34,874 nucleotides of DNA from Thermostichus sp. DRC_bins_24 (GTDB lineage: Bacteria; Cyanobacteriota; Cyanobacteriia; Thermostichales; Thermostichaceae). The translations under genes were made by a program, and so were the position numbers. The DNA lies in NCBI GenBank assembly GCA_039794845.1, contig JAUQVK010000092.1, forward strand, positions 1,984 through 36,857. The letters run 5' to 3'. Below are positions 12,783-22,892 of this stretch, piece after piece. Position 1 is the first letter of the stretch. Each line of letters begins with the position of its first letter. The notes below the pieces were generated by a model. The model did not search any database and was not told the origin of the DNA. It saw only the letters and a program-made list of their open reading frames with translations.

Positions 12783-13157
12783 TCAGGCGTGGCTGGCGGC
12801 TGCTGCCGTTTCGGAGGTGGCAAAAGAGGTGCCGCAACCACAACTGGCCACAGCATTGGGATTCTTGAAGCGGAAGCCACCCCCCAGCAGATCCTCAGAA
12901 AAATCGACGGTGATGCCGCTGATCAGGGTCATGCTCAAGGGATCCACCGCCACCCGGATATCTTCAAAATCGAAGGTTTGATCATCGGGATTGGATTGGG
13001 GCTCAAAGTTCATCACGTAAGAGAGGCCGGAACAGCCACTGGGCTTTACCCCCAACCGCAAAATCGGCTTGGATCCCTCTTTTTCGTACTTGCTGCGCAG
13101 ACGCTTCAATTCTTGTAGGGCGCTATCGGTAACGGTGATCATGGCGGGAAGGCTCAC
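12783..13157 (-). CDS. iscA: Fe-S cluster assembly A-type carrier (IscA/HesB family)
   Basis: GCSGLSY and F..NPNA..SCGCGTSF motifs. Start is GTG 13157 or ATG 13142. Confidence 0.92.
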   Translation of the reverse strand: MSLPAMITVTDSALQELKRLRSKYEKEGSKPILRLGVKPSGCSGLSYVMNFEPQSNPDDQTFDFEDIRVAVDPLSMTLISGITVDFSEDLLGGGFRFKNPNAVASCGCGTSFATSETAAAASHA

Positions 13158-13259
13158 AGTTTACCTTCCATCCTATCAGGGGTTTTGGGCCGCCCCTCCG
13201 ATTCTGTCAGGTCGTGGCAGTTGATAAGCTAGGGATTCCTGTTCTCAATTTTTGCCCCC

Positions 13260-14240
13260 GTGACGGATCCCAACGCCATTCGTGTCACCTTCTTGGGTAC
13301 CAGCTCCGGCCTGCCCACCCGCCAACGCAATGTATCTGGGATTGCGGTGCAGTTTCCGCAGCAGTCGGAATGGTGGCTATTCGATTGTGGGGAGGGCACC
13401 CAGCACCAGTTGTTGCGCCTAGACGAGCTGCGCCCCAGCCAGTTGCGCCGCATTTTCATCACCCACATGCACGGTGATCACATCTATGGTTTGCCAGGGT
13501 TATTGGCTTCCTGTGGGTTGGGCAGTACCCCCGCAAGCATCGATGTCTACGGCCCCCCCGGACTGGAAGATTACCTGAAGGCGGTGCTGCGCTACAGCGA
13601 AACGCGGATCCCTTATCCGCTTCACATCCACACCGTAGAAACCGGGCTGATCCTGCAAGAGCCGGAATACTCGGTCTTCTGTGCGCCGCTGGATCACCGA
13701 GTGCCCGCTTTTGGCTACCGGGTGGTGGAGGTGGATCGGCCCGGCAGTTTTAATGTCGCTAAAGCGCAAGCGGATGGGATCCCATTTGGCCCCCTGTATG
13801 GACAACTGAAGGCCGGCCAATCGATCACTTGGCAGGGCCAATCCTTTCATGGCCGCGACTATGTCGGGGATCCGATTCCGGGGCGCAAGTTCTCCTACTG
13901 CACCGACACAATCTTTTGTCGCAATGCGGTGGATCTATCCCGTGCTGCCGATTTGGTGATTCACGAGGCCACTTACGCCGAAGCGGATCGGGAACTGGCC
14001 CACCGCGCCAAACATTCCACCGCGGCCATGGCAGCTCAAGTGGCGGCTGAGGCCAAAGCCCATGCCCTGATGCTCACCCATTTCAGCCCCCGCTATACCC
14101 CAGAAGCCCCAATTACTCTGGATGACCTGCTGGCAGAGGCGCAGGCGATTTTCCCCAATACGCTGTTGGCCCGCGATCGCCTCACCTACGCAATTCCGCG
14201 GCGGGTTCCGGCTTCTGTGGGAGTGCCGACGGGGGTGTAG
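13260..14240 (+). CDS. rnz: Ribonuclease Z
   Basis: FLGTSSG.PT..RN, FDCGEGTQ, THMHGDH, HEATY, HST, THFSPRY. Confidence 0.96.
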   Translation: MTDPNAIRVTFLGTSSGLPTRQRNVSGIAVQFPQQSEWWLFDCGEGTQHQLLRLDELRPSQLRRIFITHMHGDHIYGLPGLLASCGLGSTPASIDVYGPPGLEDYLKAVLRYSETRIPYPLHIHTVETGLILQEPEYSVFCAPLDHRVPAFGYRVVEVDRPGSFNVAKAQADGIPFGPLYGQLKAGQSITWQGQSFHGRDYVGDPIPGRKFSYCTDTIFCRNAVDLSRAADLVIHEATYAEADRELAHRAKHSTAAMAAQVAAEAKAHALMLTHFSPRYTPEAPITLDDLLAEAQAIFPNTLLARDRLTYAIPRRVPASVGVPTGV

Positions 14241-14283
14241 GCCCACCTCGCTAGAATGAGAGAACCGACTGTCTACACCAGCG

Positions 14284-15162
14284 ATGACAGATCCCAGACC
14301 CCATCCCGAACGACCCAAGTTTCCTGAACGGCCCAAAACCGATCAATTGGATCAACGCTCCGGCGAGTGGCAAACCTTTAGCGCCCTCCCTCCCCCTGCC
14401 CCGCTGCGCCCGGTGGAGACGGAACGGCCAGCACCACAAACCGCCACTGCTGCACAAGTCGCCCCAGTGGAAACCCTCCCCAAATTGGCCCCCTGGCGCA
14501 AACGGATTGGCGCCTTTGCCCTGGACTTTGGGATGAGCTTGGGAGCCTCCTATTTGGCCCAGGGCTTGGCCTCCCTGTTTGGGGCCAATGCCGGCGCGGT
14601 GGATATGACCGGCTATGTGGCCTTTTTTGCCGTTTGGCTGGTGAATCGCGGCTATTTCCAGTCTCGCCCGCAGGGACAAAGCCTGGGCAAGTGGCTGCTG
14701 AACCTCAAAACCCTGGATCCCGAAACCGAGACCTCGCCCCACCTGATCCGCTCGGTGGCCCGCGAAAGCGTTTTGTCGCTGTTTCTACTCACGGAAGCCC
14801 TGTTGGTGCCCTTGGCCGCCGATGGCCTGTTTGCTGCTTTCGACCAAGAAAAACGCCAGACGATTCACGACCGTGCTGGACGCACCTTGGTGGTGGAAGC
14901 AGACCAGGGCTACAACCTGGATGAAAAGGCGAAGCAGTTTTTGCAGGAACTCCTAGAGGGGGATGCGGCCGAGGAGGTGAAATCGGCTGCCCGTGACCTG
15001 TTGAGGCAAGCGCAACGCAACGACACCGTGCGGGATTTCTCCAAGCAGGTGCAGCGCCTGAGCCAAGACATGGGTCAAAATACCCGCAGCCTGCGGCAAC
15101 AAACCGGCAAGCAGGTGAAATCTTGGGTTGATTCTGTGAGGGAGAAGTTAGATAATTGGTGA
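14284..15162 (+). CDS. RDD family membrane protein
   Basis: LAPWRKRIGAFALD, GQSLGK and QTIHDRAGRTLVV are characteristic RDD motifs. Confidence 0.85.
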   Translation: MTDPRPHPERPKFPERPKTDQLDQRSGEWQTFSALPPPAPLRPVETERPAPQTATAAQVAPVETLPKLAPWRKRIGAFALDFGMSLGASYLAQGLASLFGANAGAVDMTGYVAFFAVWLVNRGYFQSRPQGQSLGKWLLNLKTLDPETETSPHLIRSVARESVLSLFLLTEALLVPLAADGLFAAFDQEKRQTIHDRAGRTLVVEADQGYNLDEKAKQFLQELLEGDAAEEVKSAARDLLRQAQRNDTVRDFSKQVQRLSQDMGQNTRSLRQQTGKQVKSWVDSVREKLDNW

Positions 15163-15253
15163 TTGCGCTTGCAATATGGATGCTTCGTTGCAACCCAAAG
15201 CGCTGGGTTGCTCTTGAGCCCTGTGAGCCTTTCACCTCAGTCTGGAATCCGTC

Positions 15254-15448
15254 ATGGCCAAAGCAAAAGGGGTTCGCATCATCATCAACCTGGAGTGCAC
15301 CGAGTGTCGCACCAACGTTGACAAACGGTCTCCGGGTGTGAACCGCTACACCACCACCAAAAACCGCCGCAACACCACGGCCCGCTTGGAGCTGAAGAAG
15401 TTCTGTCCCCATTGCAACCGTCACACCGTCCACAGAGAGATCAAGTAG
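15254..15448 (+). CDS. rpmG: 50S ribosomal protein L33
   Basis: [38 protein letters not shown]. Confidence 0.98.
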   Translation: MAKAKGVRIIINLECTECRTNVDKRSPGVNRYTTTKNRRNTTARLELKKFCPHCNRHTVHREIK

Positions 15449-15470
15449 TTCCTTTTATCGCCCCTGCCCT

Positions 15471-15686
15471 ATGGTTTACGCCCGCCGCCGCATGTCTCCC
15501 ATCAAGCCTGGAGACCCGATTAAGTTCACGGATGTCGAACTGCTCAAAAAGTTTGTGACCGAACGGGGCAAGATTCTGCCCCGGCGCATCACCGGCCTGA
15601 CGGCCAAGCAGCAGCGGGCACTGACGGTGGCGATCAAGCGGGCACGGATTATGGGCCTGCTCTACTTTGTCAACAAAGAGGGATAA
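15471..15686 (+). CDS. rpsR: 30S ribosomal protein S18
   Basis: [30 protein letters not shown]. Confidence 0.98.
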   Translation: MVYARRRMSPIKPGDPIKFTDVELLKKFVTERGKILPRRITGLTAKQQRALTVAIKRARIMGLLYFVNKEG

Positions 15687-15708
15687 CCCGCTGGGATCCT
15701 TTTCCCCC

Positions 15709-16740
15709 ATGAGTCTGACGCTTTCGCCGGAACTGCAAGCTCGCCTGGCCCCGCCGCTGGATATTGGTGGGGTGAAGGTGGCTAGCCGTGTGTTTCAGGC
15801 CCCCTTGTCGGGGGTGACGGATAGGGTCTTTCGGGGGTTGGTGCGTCGTTTTGCCCCCGAGAGCATGGTTTACACCGAAATGGTGAATGCCACGGGGTTG
15901 CACTATGCCCGTGAGCTGCCCCGCATCATGGAGGTGGGGGAGGGGGAGGAGCCGATTGGCATTCAACTGTTCGACTGTCGGCCTCACTTTCTGGCAGAGG
16001 CGGCCCGTATGGCCGTGGATGAGGGGGCAACGATTGTCGATATCAACATGGGCTGCCCGGTGAACAAGATCACCAAAAATGGCGGTGGCTCTTCGTTGCT
16101 CAAGGACCCGGATACAGCGGCCCGCATTGTGGAGGCGGTGGTACGAGCGGTCAATGTACCCGTCACCGTTAAAACTCGCCTGGGCTGGTCGGATCAAGAG
16201 ATTACCATTTTGGATTTTGCCCAGCGTTTGCAGGAGGCAGGGGCCCAGCTGCTGACGTTACACGGTCGTACCCGCGCCCAAGGGTTTAGCGGCCATGCCC
16301 GTTGGGATTGGATTCGGCGGGTGAAGCAGCACCTGCGCATTCCGGTGATTGCCAATGGGGATATTTTCTCAGTGGCCGCGGCGGTGAAATGCCTGGAAGA
16401 AACAGGGGCGGATGGAGTGATGTGCTCACGCGGGACGATGGGCTATCCCTTTTTGGTGGGGGAGGTGGATTATTTCCTCAAAACCGGGCGAGAAAAGCCA
16501 GCCCCCACGCCCTTGGATCGCATTCACATGGCTTTGGAACATCTGCGTGGCCTTTGGAAGTACAAGGGGGAACGCGGGATCCGCCAGGCCCGCAAGCACA
16601 TGAGTTGGTACATCAAAGACTTTGCCGGCGCTTCGCAATTTCGCGCCCTGTTGTGCCGCATCGAAACTCTGCAAGAAGGGGAAACTCTGCTTCTCCAGGC
16701 AATGGATCGCTGTCAGGATGGAGAGTTCGAGAAACCCTAA
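15709..16740 (+). CDS. dusB: tRNA-dihydrouridine synthase DusB
   Basis: APLSGVTD, DINMGCP, VTVKTRLG, LHGRT, IANGDI. ATG 15709 chosen to avoid overlap with rpsR. Confidence 0.93.
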   Translation: MSLTLSPELQARLAPPLDIGGVKVASRVFQAPLSGVTDRVFRGLVRRFAPESMVYTEMVNATGLHYARELPRIMEVGEGEEPIGIQLFDCRPHFLAEAARMAVDEGATIVDINMGCPVNKITKNGGGSSLLKDPDTAARIVEAVVRAVNVPVTVKTRLGWSDQEITILDFAQRLQEAGAQLLTLHGRTRAQGFSGHARWDWIRRVKQHLRIPVIANGDIFSVAAAVKCLEETGADGVMCSRGTMGYPFLVGEVDYFLKTGREKPAPTPLDRIHMALEHLRGLWKYKGERGIRQARKHMSWYIKDFAGASQFRALLCRIETLQEGETLLLQAMDRCQDGEFEKP

Positions 16741-17447
16741 TGGAACACTCCAACCTCCGCCGGTACTGCAGCTTGTAAAGCCTGAAGAAACTCACCACTG
16801 CTACAGACCCAGCCAAAAAACATCTCGATGTTGGTCAAAGCAGTTTCCTTCAGAAGCGGTGGCCCCACTTGAGTGGTGGAGTCTGACAACAGCAAACAGA
16901 AATACTCGCGGTGAAAGGCTTCCCGAATGGTAGATTCCACACAAACATTGGTGGCGATGCCCGTAAACACGAGATTGCGGATCCCCCGTTGTCGCAGCAT
17001 CGTATCAAAATCCGTACCGGCAAAGGCACTGTAGCGCGTTTTTTGCAGGATGATTTCCCCAGGTTGCGGTCTTAATGCCTCGACAAAATCGTAATCCCAG
17101 GTGCCCTTAATCAATAATTTTCCTGATAGCTCAGCATTCTGGCGCATTAACTTCAGGGCATTGGATTTGTACCAATTGGGGGATCCTGGCCCCCCTGCTT
17201 CTCGAAGTTGGGGATCCCAGCCATTTTGGGTAAAGATGATCGGCAGCTTGAGGGGGCGAACCGCCTGCAGCACGCGCACGATTACTTCAATGACCGCCGG
17301 AGCTTCGCTGAGATCGCTACCCAATAGATCTACGTAACCGCCGGGGCTGGCATAGGCATTTTGCATATCCACCACGATCAGGGCGGTTTCTTCCAACTGA
17401 AGGGTGACGGGATCCGGACGACTGGGAATGACAATAGGAGTAGACAT
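16737..17447 (-). CDS. rutB: Ureidoacrylate amidohydrolase RutB-like (isochorismatase/cysteine hydrolase family)
   Basis: ALIVVDMQNAYA.PGGY.DL, QNGWD..EAGGPGSPNW.KSNALK.MR, K.RYS.F, TGIATNVCVEST and NIE.FFGWV closely follow E. coli RutB as I recall it. Confidence 0.85.
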   Translation of the reverse strand: MSTPIVIPSRPDPVTLQLEETALIVVDMQNAYASPGGYVDLLGSDLSEAPAVIEVIVRVLQAVRPLKLPIIFTQNGWDPQLREAGGPGSPNWYKSNALKLMRQNAELSGKLLIKGTWDYDFVEALRPQPGEIILQKTRYSAFAGTDFDTMLRQRGIRNLVFTGIATNVCVESTIREAFHREYFCLLLSDSTTQVGPPLLKETALTNIEMFFGWVCSSGEFLQALQAAVPAEVGVFH

Positions 17448-17475
17448 CGACAAAGCTCCGAATGGGCTCAAGTCA

Positions 17476-17856
17476 TCAGGCCCCAATATGGGCGACGGCA
17501 GCAATTTCCACCAACAAATCGGGACGCACCAAGTCTGCTTTCACCACAAATCGGGCTGGCAACACCCCCGGAAAATACTCTTTGTACACAGCGTTCATGC
17601 CGGGATAGTTGGCATAGTCGGTCAAGAAAATGTTGCAGAAGGCAATATCCTCCATGGTTCCCCCTGCTTCCGTGACTACGCTCTTGATCAGCTCCATCAC
17701 CAGGCGAGTCTGGGTAGTGATGTCGGATCCCACGGTTTTGCCCTCCGGATCCAAGGCCAAAGTGCCCGAGATGTAGAGGGTATTGCCCACCTTGACCCCC
17801 GGTGAGTAGGGAGCAATGGCCGGATATCCGGCTGGAGCAATGGCAGCTTTCGGCAT
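17476..17856 (-). CDS. rutC: RidA/YjgF-family protein, RutC-like
   Basis: MPK..I.PAG..APY.PG..Y.SGTLA.D..QTR.V.E.I..V...AGGTM.D..F..IF.TD..NY..N..Y.E.FPG..PARF..LV.PD.LVEIA..AHI matches RutC as recalled; adjacent to rutB. Confidence 0.8.
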   Translation of the reverse strand: MPKAAIAPAGYPAIAPYSPGVKVGNTLYISGTLALDPEGKTVGSDITTQTRLVMELIKSVVTEAGGTMEDIAFCNIFLTDYANYPGMNAVYKEYFPGVLPARFVVKADLVRPDLLVEIAAVAHIGA

Positions 17857-17884
17857 AAGGGATCCCGATCGATGACAAAATTGC

Positions 17885-17926
17885 ACTTTAGCAGTGGATA
17901 AAATCTTCTACAGTTGGCTGGGATAC
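17885..17926 (-). promoter_or_regulatory. Putative NtcA-activated promoter of rutCB
   Basis: Minus strand reads GTA-tcccagcc-AAC (17926-17913), a 22-nt spacer, then TAAAGT (17890-17885). Canonical spacing with one mismatch to GTAN8TAC. Confidence 0.5.
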
Positions 17927-18066
17927 AACGACTGCCTTGACTACCTGTTTTTCCGGCATAGGTCCGCAGATCTCCGCCGGGCGATCCTTCCGCTGGATTG
18001 GACTATAGTAGGTACCGAGACCTACCGCTTCTTCCCAAAACCCAAAAAAGATTGGAGTAACAGACT

Positions 18067-19095
18067 GTGGGGCTATTCAGCCGATTCTCCCGTGACATGG
18101 GCATCGATTTGGGCACGGCCAACACGCTGGTCTATGTGGCCGGCCGGGGCATTGTCCTGCAAGAGCCCTCTGTAGTGGCCATCGACCAAAACACCAAGCA
18201 ACCGCTGGCTGTGGGGGAAGATGCCAAGAAAATGTTGGGCCGCACCCCCGGCAATATTGTGGCAGTTCGTCCGTTGCGGGATGGGGTGATTGCCGACTTC
18301 GATACCGCTGAGATGATGCTTAAGCATTTCATCCATCGCGTTCACGAGGGCCGATATTTGATTGCCCCGCGCATCGTCATCGGCATTCCCAGTGGGGTTA
18401 CCGGGGTGGAGCGACGGGCGGTTATGGAAGCTGCTCTGCAGGCGGGATCCCGTGAGGTGTATCTGGTGGATGAACCTGTGGCAGCGGCCATCGGAGCAGG
18501 CTTACCCGTGCAAGAGGCCACCGGAAACATGATTATCGACATCGGCGGCGGCACCACAGAGGTGGCCGTCCTCAGTTTGCAGGGGATTGTGCTGAGCGAG
18601 TCGGTGCGGGTGGCGGGGGATGAGCTGAGCGAGGCCATCGCCCAGTACATGAAAAAAGTGCATAACCTCACGATTGGGGAGCGCACTGCCGAAGAGATCA
18701 AAATTCAAATTGGCTCCGCTTACCCAATTCAAGAGGAGCTGACCATGGAAGTGCGCGGGCTACATCTTCTCTCAGGCTTGCCCCGTACCGTCACCGTCAA
18801 AAGCACTGAGATCCGCGAGAGCATGGCCGAGCCTCTCTCGGTGATTGTCGAGGCGATTAAGCGCACTCTGGAACGCACCCCGCCGGAATTGGCTGCAGAC
18901 ATCATTGATCGGGGCATTATGTTGGCAGGGGGAGGGGCGTTGCTCAAGGGCCTGGATGCTCTGATCAGCCATGAGACGGGCATTTTGGTGCATATTGCTG
19001 CGGATCCCCTCAGCTGTGTGGTGCTGGGTACCGGTCGGGTGCTGGAGGATTTCAAAACCCTGGGTCGGGTACTGAGTAGCAGCTTCAAAGGTTGA
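18067..19095 (+). CDS. mreB: Rod shape-determining protein MreB
   Basis: [44 protein letters not shown]. Confidence 0.98.
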   Translation: MGLFSRFSRDMGIDLGTANTLVYVAGRGIVLQEPSVVAIDQNTKQPLAVGEDAKKMLGRTPGNIVAVRPLRDGVIADFDTAEMMLKHFIHRVHEGRYLIAPRIVIGIPSGVTGVERRAVMEAALQAGSREVYLVDEPVAAAIGAGLPVQEATGNMIIDIGGGTTEVAVLSLQGIVLSESVRVAGDELSEAIAQYMKKVHNLTIGERTAEEIKIQIGSAYPIQEELTMEVRGLHLLSGLPRTVTVKSTEIRESMAEPLSVIVEAIKRTLERTPPELAADIIDRGIMLAGGGALLKGLDALISHETGILVHIAADPLSCVVLGTGRVLEDFKTLGRVLSSSFKG

Positions 19096-19180
19096 CAGAT
19101 CTGTAGTCTGTAGAGGGTGGGCAGGGATCCCTGCTTATCCCGGTTTCAAGTGTGAGTCGAGTGGGTCAAAGGGGTATCGT

Positions 19181-19939
19181 TTGAATCGGCTACGCCAGTG
19201 GTGGATGCACTATGGGCTAGGAGTTCTTTTATCGGCCCTAGCGCTGGGGGTGGCTTTGGGGTTACGCCAAACCCAGGGCTCCCTGTTGGTGGAACTGTAC
19301 AGCTGGATCACCACCCCCGCCCGTCCGCCTGTGGATCCGGCTGTGGTACTCAATCAAGCCGCCACCCGCGAGTTACAGGCCCTGGTCGCCGAGCTGCAAT
19401 ACCAGAACCGTGAGCTGAAGCGACTGCTGCAATTTACCGAACAAATGCCATCGAGTGGGATCCCTGCAGCCGTGGTGGGCCGAAGCGCCGATCACTGGTG
19501 GCAACAGCTTACCCTCAGCCGTGGCAGCCAGCAGGGCGTGAAAGTGGGGGATGTGGTCATGGCCCCAGGTGGGTTGATCGGGCGGGTTGAGTCGGTTACC
19601 CCCAATACCAGTCGGGTACTGTTGATTAGCGATCCCACCAGCCGTGTCGGGGTAATGTTGAGTCGCAGCCGCCATATGGGGGTCATGCGCGGCACCGGCA
19701 CCCAGAACGCCATTCTGGAGTTTTTCGACAAGGATCCCAAGGTAGAAGTCGGGGATGTGGTCGTCACCTCCGGCCTGAGCAGCTTTTATCCGGCGGGCGT
19801 GGTAGTGGGAACCGTTCGGGCCGTGAACCTGGATGCCAGCCCAGCTCCACAAGCCACCGTCGAACTGTCGGCGCCACTGGGCCTCTTGGAATGGGGTCTG
19901 ATCTACAGCTATGCTCAAACATCTACCCCTCAACCTTAA
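19181..19939 (+). CDS. mreC: Rod shape-determining protein MreC
   Basis: N-terminal TM and coiled coil, GLIGRV..V....SRVLLISDP, GDVVVTSGL..YPAG; follows mreB. Confidence 0.93.
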   Translation: MNRLRQWWMHYGLGVLLSALALGVALGLRQTQGSLLVELYSWITTPARPPVDPAVVLNQAATRELQALVAELQYQNRELKRLLQFTEQMPSSGIPAAVVGRSADHWWQQLTLSRGSQQGVKVGDVVMAPGGLIGRVESVTPNTSRVLLISDPTSRVGVMLSRSRHMGVMRGTGTQNAILEFFDKDPKVEVGDVVVTSGLSSFYPAGVVVGTVRAVNLDASPAPQATVELSAPLGLLEWGLIYSYAQTSTPQP

Positions 19940-20561
19940 ATATCACCTGAATGGGGTGGTAACGGCCCTATCGGGACTGTTGGCGGTGGTGGCCCCTTGG
20001 TGGCGGGGGCCGGGTTTGGAGCTGGCGGGCCTCACCCCCGACTGGCCTCTTATTTGGGTGGTGTGCTGGAGTGTGCGGCGCAATGCCTGGCAGGGAGCCG
20101 TTGCCGGGATCACCCTTGGCTTGTTACAGGATGCCCTCACCAGTCCTCGCCCCACCCATGCTTTGGGGTTGGCGGTAGTGGGGATCCTCACCGCCCGCTT
20201 GCAAAAGCAGCGCTACATGCAGGAAGACTTTATCTCGGTGGCCTTGATCGTCTTCGGCATGGTAGTCATTGCGGAAACTCTCATGGCGCTGCAATGGATG
20301 TTGCTCAACACCTCAGTTTGGCAGGGATCCGATGGCCTGAACCTGACGGGAATGGAAACCTTTCTGGATGGATTGTGGAACCAAATTCAGTCTTCCGGCA
20401 CCATCAGCGGCGATGGCCCCCGTTCTTTGGAAAGCATTTGGTGGAATCATCAACGCAACACCCTCACTTCCGCCATTTTGAGTAGCCTATGGGCACCTGC
20501 TCTTTATTTGCCGCTCAGCCATTGGTGGCAGTCTCAAGAGCGGGATGCAAAAGAGATTTAG
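19911..20561 (+). CDS. mreD: Rod shape-determining protein MreD
   Basis: Hydrophobic protein with PDWPLIWVVCWS..G...GLLQD; follows and overlaps mreC. Confidence 0.88.
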   Translation: MLKHLPLNLKYHLNGVVTALSGLLAVVAPWWRGPGLELAGLTPDWPLIWVVCWSVRRNAWQGAVAGITLGLLQDALTSPRPTHALGLAVVGILTARLQKQRYMQEDFISVALIVFGMVVIAETLMALQWMLLNTSVWQGSDGLNLTGMETFLDGLWNQIQSSGTISGDGPRSLESIWWNHQRNTLTSAILSSLWAPALYLPLSHWWQSQERDAKEI

Positions 20562-20826
20562 CCTTGCCTAGCCTGCAACAAAAGGCAACCGACCGATCAT
20601 CGAAGTGCCCTCTATATTTATTTGGGAATTATTTGGGGTTGAAAAAGTTTCTCGCTGACCTAGCATTCTCAGGCATTCTTGGGGATCTGCGACTCCCTCT
20701 GTTTGGGTCTTGGGTTAGGAACCTCAAAAGCAGATCGGTCACGGGGTTGAGTCCTAGGCTAGGGTGATCTAGGCTTCAAAATGGGAGGATCCCTCCCATT
20801 CGGTGGTTTTACCGGTGTGCAGTAGC

Positions 20827-21576
20827 ATGGCAGGACATAGTAAGTGGGCCAACATTAAGCGGCAGAAGGCCCGTGTGGATGCCAAAAAAGGCAGTGTATT
20901 TACTAAGCTTTCCCGGGCAATTATCGTGGCAGCTCGCAATGGTTTGCCGGATCCGGATGGCAATTTTCAGTTGCGAGCAGCGGTGGACAAAGCCAAAGCG
21001 GCGGGTATGCCCAATGAGAACATCGAACGGGCAATCGCTAAGGGATCCGGGAACTGGAGCGATGACAGCACCCTTGAGGAAATTCGCTATGAGGGTTATG
21101 GCCCTGCCGGAGTGGCCGTCTTAATCGAAGCGATGACCGACAACCGCAACCGCACAGCGGCAGAGGTGCGCGAAGCCTTTAGCAAAACCGGCGGTAGCTT
21201 GGGAGAAACCGGCTGTGTCAGTTGGATGTTTGCGCGCAAAGGGGTGATCAGCCTCGAGGCTGTACCCGATGAAGAGGCCCTGCTGTTGGCGGTGGCAGAG
21301 GCGGGGGGAGATGACCTTAATGCCGAAGGTACGGAAGCGGAAGTGTATTGCGACTACACCTTGTTAGAGCAGGTGGCCACCCATCTGAGAAAGGAGGGCT
21401 ACCAGGTGCAAGATGTGGCGATTCGTTGGATCCCCTCTAATGAGGTGCAGGTAGAGGATGCCGATACAGCCAAGCTGGTGCTCAACCTAATGGAGCGGCT
21501 GGACAACCTCGACGATGTGCAGAACGTCTATGCCAATTTCGAGATCGATGAGGCGGTGATGGAGAGTTTAGTCTGA
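20827..21576 (+). CDS. yebC: YebC/PmpR family protein
   Basis: MAGHSKWANIK, YEGYGP.G, TDNRNRT, DDVQNVYAN. Confidence 0.95.
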   Translation: MAGHSKWANIKRQKARVDAKKGSVFTKLSRAIIVAARNGLPDPDGNFQLRAAVDKAKAAGMPNENIERAIAKGSGNWSDDSTLEEIRYEGYGPAGVAVLIEAMTDNRNRTAAEVREAFSKTGGSLGETGCVSWMFARKGVISLEAVPDEEALLLAVAEAGGDDLNAEGTEAEVYCDYTLLEQVATHLRKEGYQVQDVAIRWIPSNEVQVEDADTAKLVLNLMERLDNLDDVQNVYANFEIDEAVMESLV

Positions 21577-21651
21577 GGGCTGTCTTCAACGCTAGCCCTC
21601 GTTGGGCCAATTCCCGGCTCAGTTCCCCAACTGAATCTTGTAAGGATCCCG

Positions 21652-22569
21652 ATGCCAAAGCCAATCCGCGTGGTGGGTAGCTTGAATATGGATTTGGTGG
21701 TGCAAGTGCCCCGTCAGCCCGTCCCTGGCGAAACGGTGCTGGGATCCGACTATGCCATCTACCCCGGCGGCAAAGGGGCCAATCAAGCAGTGGCTGCAGC
21801 CCGGGCAGGCGCAGAGGTGCAAATGTGGGGAGCGGTGGGATCCGATGGGTTCGGGCACAGCCTCAAGGAAAACCTCGAGCACAACGGAATCGATACCCAC
21901 CAACTGACCCTACTGGAGGGACCAAGCGGAATCGCCCTGATCACGGTGGATCCCAGCGGGCAAAACCAGATCGTGGTCAGTCCCGGCGCCAATGGCCGCT
22001 ATACCCCGAAGTGCTTGCCTCCCTTGACTCCGGCGGCATTGCTCCTGCTGCAACTGGAAATCCCAATGCCGACGGTGCTGGCTGTGGTAGAACAGGCCTT
22101 TGCCCAAGGGATCCCGATTTTGCTCAATCCTGCCCCAATCCAACCCTTGCCCGGATCCCTGTTGCGCCGAATTCACTACCTGGTGCTCAACGAAACCGAA
22201 GCCGCCAGCCTTACCCAATCGCCTATCGCAACCCCTGAGCAAGCCGAAACAGTGGCCCGACGGTTGCAAAAACAAGGGATCCCGACGGTGATCCTCACCT
22301 TGGGGGGAGCGGGGTTGGTCTGGGCGGAGGGGGAAGAAAGCGGCTACCTGCCGGCCCATTCCGTAGAAGTGGTGGATACCACCGCTGCTGGAGATGGCTT
22401 TTGTGGGGCTTTGGCCGCTTGTTTGGCTGCTGGGGGATCCCTCAAGGAAGCCCTACGGTTTGCCAATGGGGCTGCAGCCTTGGCAGTGACCCGCGCCGGA
22501 GCCCAGCCGAGTTTGGCCACACGAAGTGAGATCGAGGCGTTTTTGGCCGCTACTTCGGAGCAAGCCTGA
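21652..22569 (+). CDS. rbsK: Ribokinase
   Basis: GSLNMDLV, PGGKGANQAVAAAR, NPAP, NETEA, DTTAAGDGF. Confidence 0.9.
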   Translation: MPKPIRVVGSLNMDLVVQVPRQPVPGETVLGSDYAIYPGGKGANQAVAAARAGAEVQMWGAVGSDGFGHSLKENLEHNGIDTHQLTLLEGPSGIALITVDPSGQNQIVVSPGANGRYTPKCLPPLTPAALLLLQLEIPMPTVLAVVEQAFAQGIPILLNPAPIQPLPGSLLRRIHYLVLNETEAASLTQSPIATPEQAETVARRLQKQGIPTVILTLGGAGLVWAEGEESGYLPAHSVEVVDTTAAGDGFCGALAACLAAGGSLKEALRFANGAAALAVTRAGAQPSLATRSEIEAFLAATSEQA

Positions 22570-22601
22570 AGAACCATCCCGAAATACGGGGAAATCCCCG
22601 T

Positions 22602-22788
22602 TACAGCCCTTGCGCGGGTTTTCTACAGCAGGGATTATGCTTCCTTTTCTCGCGCTCCGCGAGGTGCGGAGCACCCTCCCGCTCTGCGGGGCCGGAGGGC
22701 TATCCCTCTGGAGAGTGGATCCTAACTCCCACGGTTGTTATACGTGACCGGTGGACACGCCGGTGTACCCCGGGCGTAAAGGGCTGTA
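22602..22788 (-). mobile_element. MITE copy 1 (ends TACAGCCCTT..AAGGGCTGTA)
   Basis: 187-bp non-coding element with perfect 10-bp terminal inverted repeats. Its reverse complement aligns along its length with 29928-30086 and 30085-30261. Confidence 0.85.
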
Positions 22789-22892
22789 TCTTCTGCGTTG
22801 AACGAGACAGATGGAGGGCTACTGAAAGCTCGCGCTCCATGCGTTAGCATAAGCGTCAGTTTACCCACACTACATCTAGGGGAGCCTTTTCG

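Noticed and set aside
15254..15686. Zinc-ribbon L33 paired with a Cys-free S18 as a zinc-response signal
   Set aside because: This is the ordinary cyanobacterial rpmG-rpsR arrangement.
16737..17447. Guanylurea or biuret hydrolase feeding GdmH
   Set aside because: The sequence carries RutB-specific segments (EAGGPGSPN, IE.FFGWV), sits beside rutC, and is more than 7 kb from gdmH.
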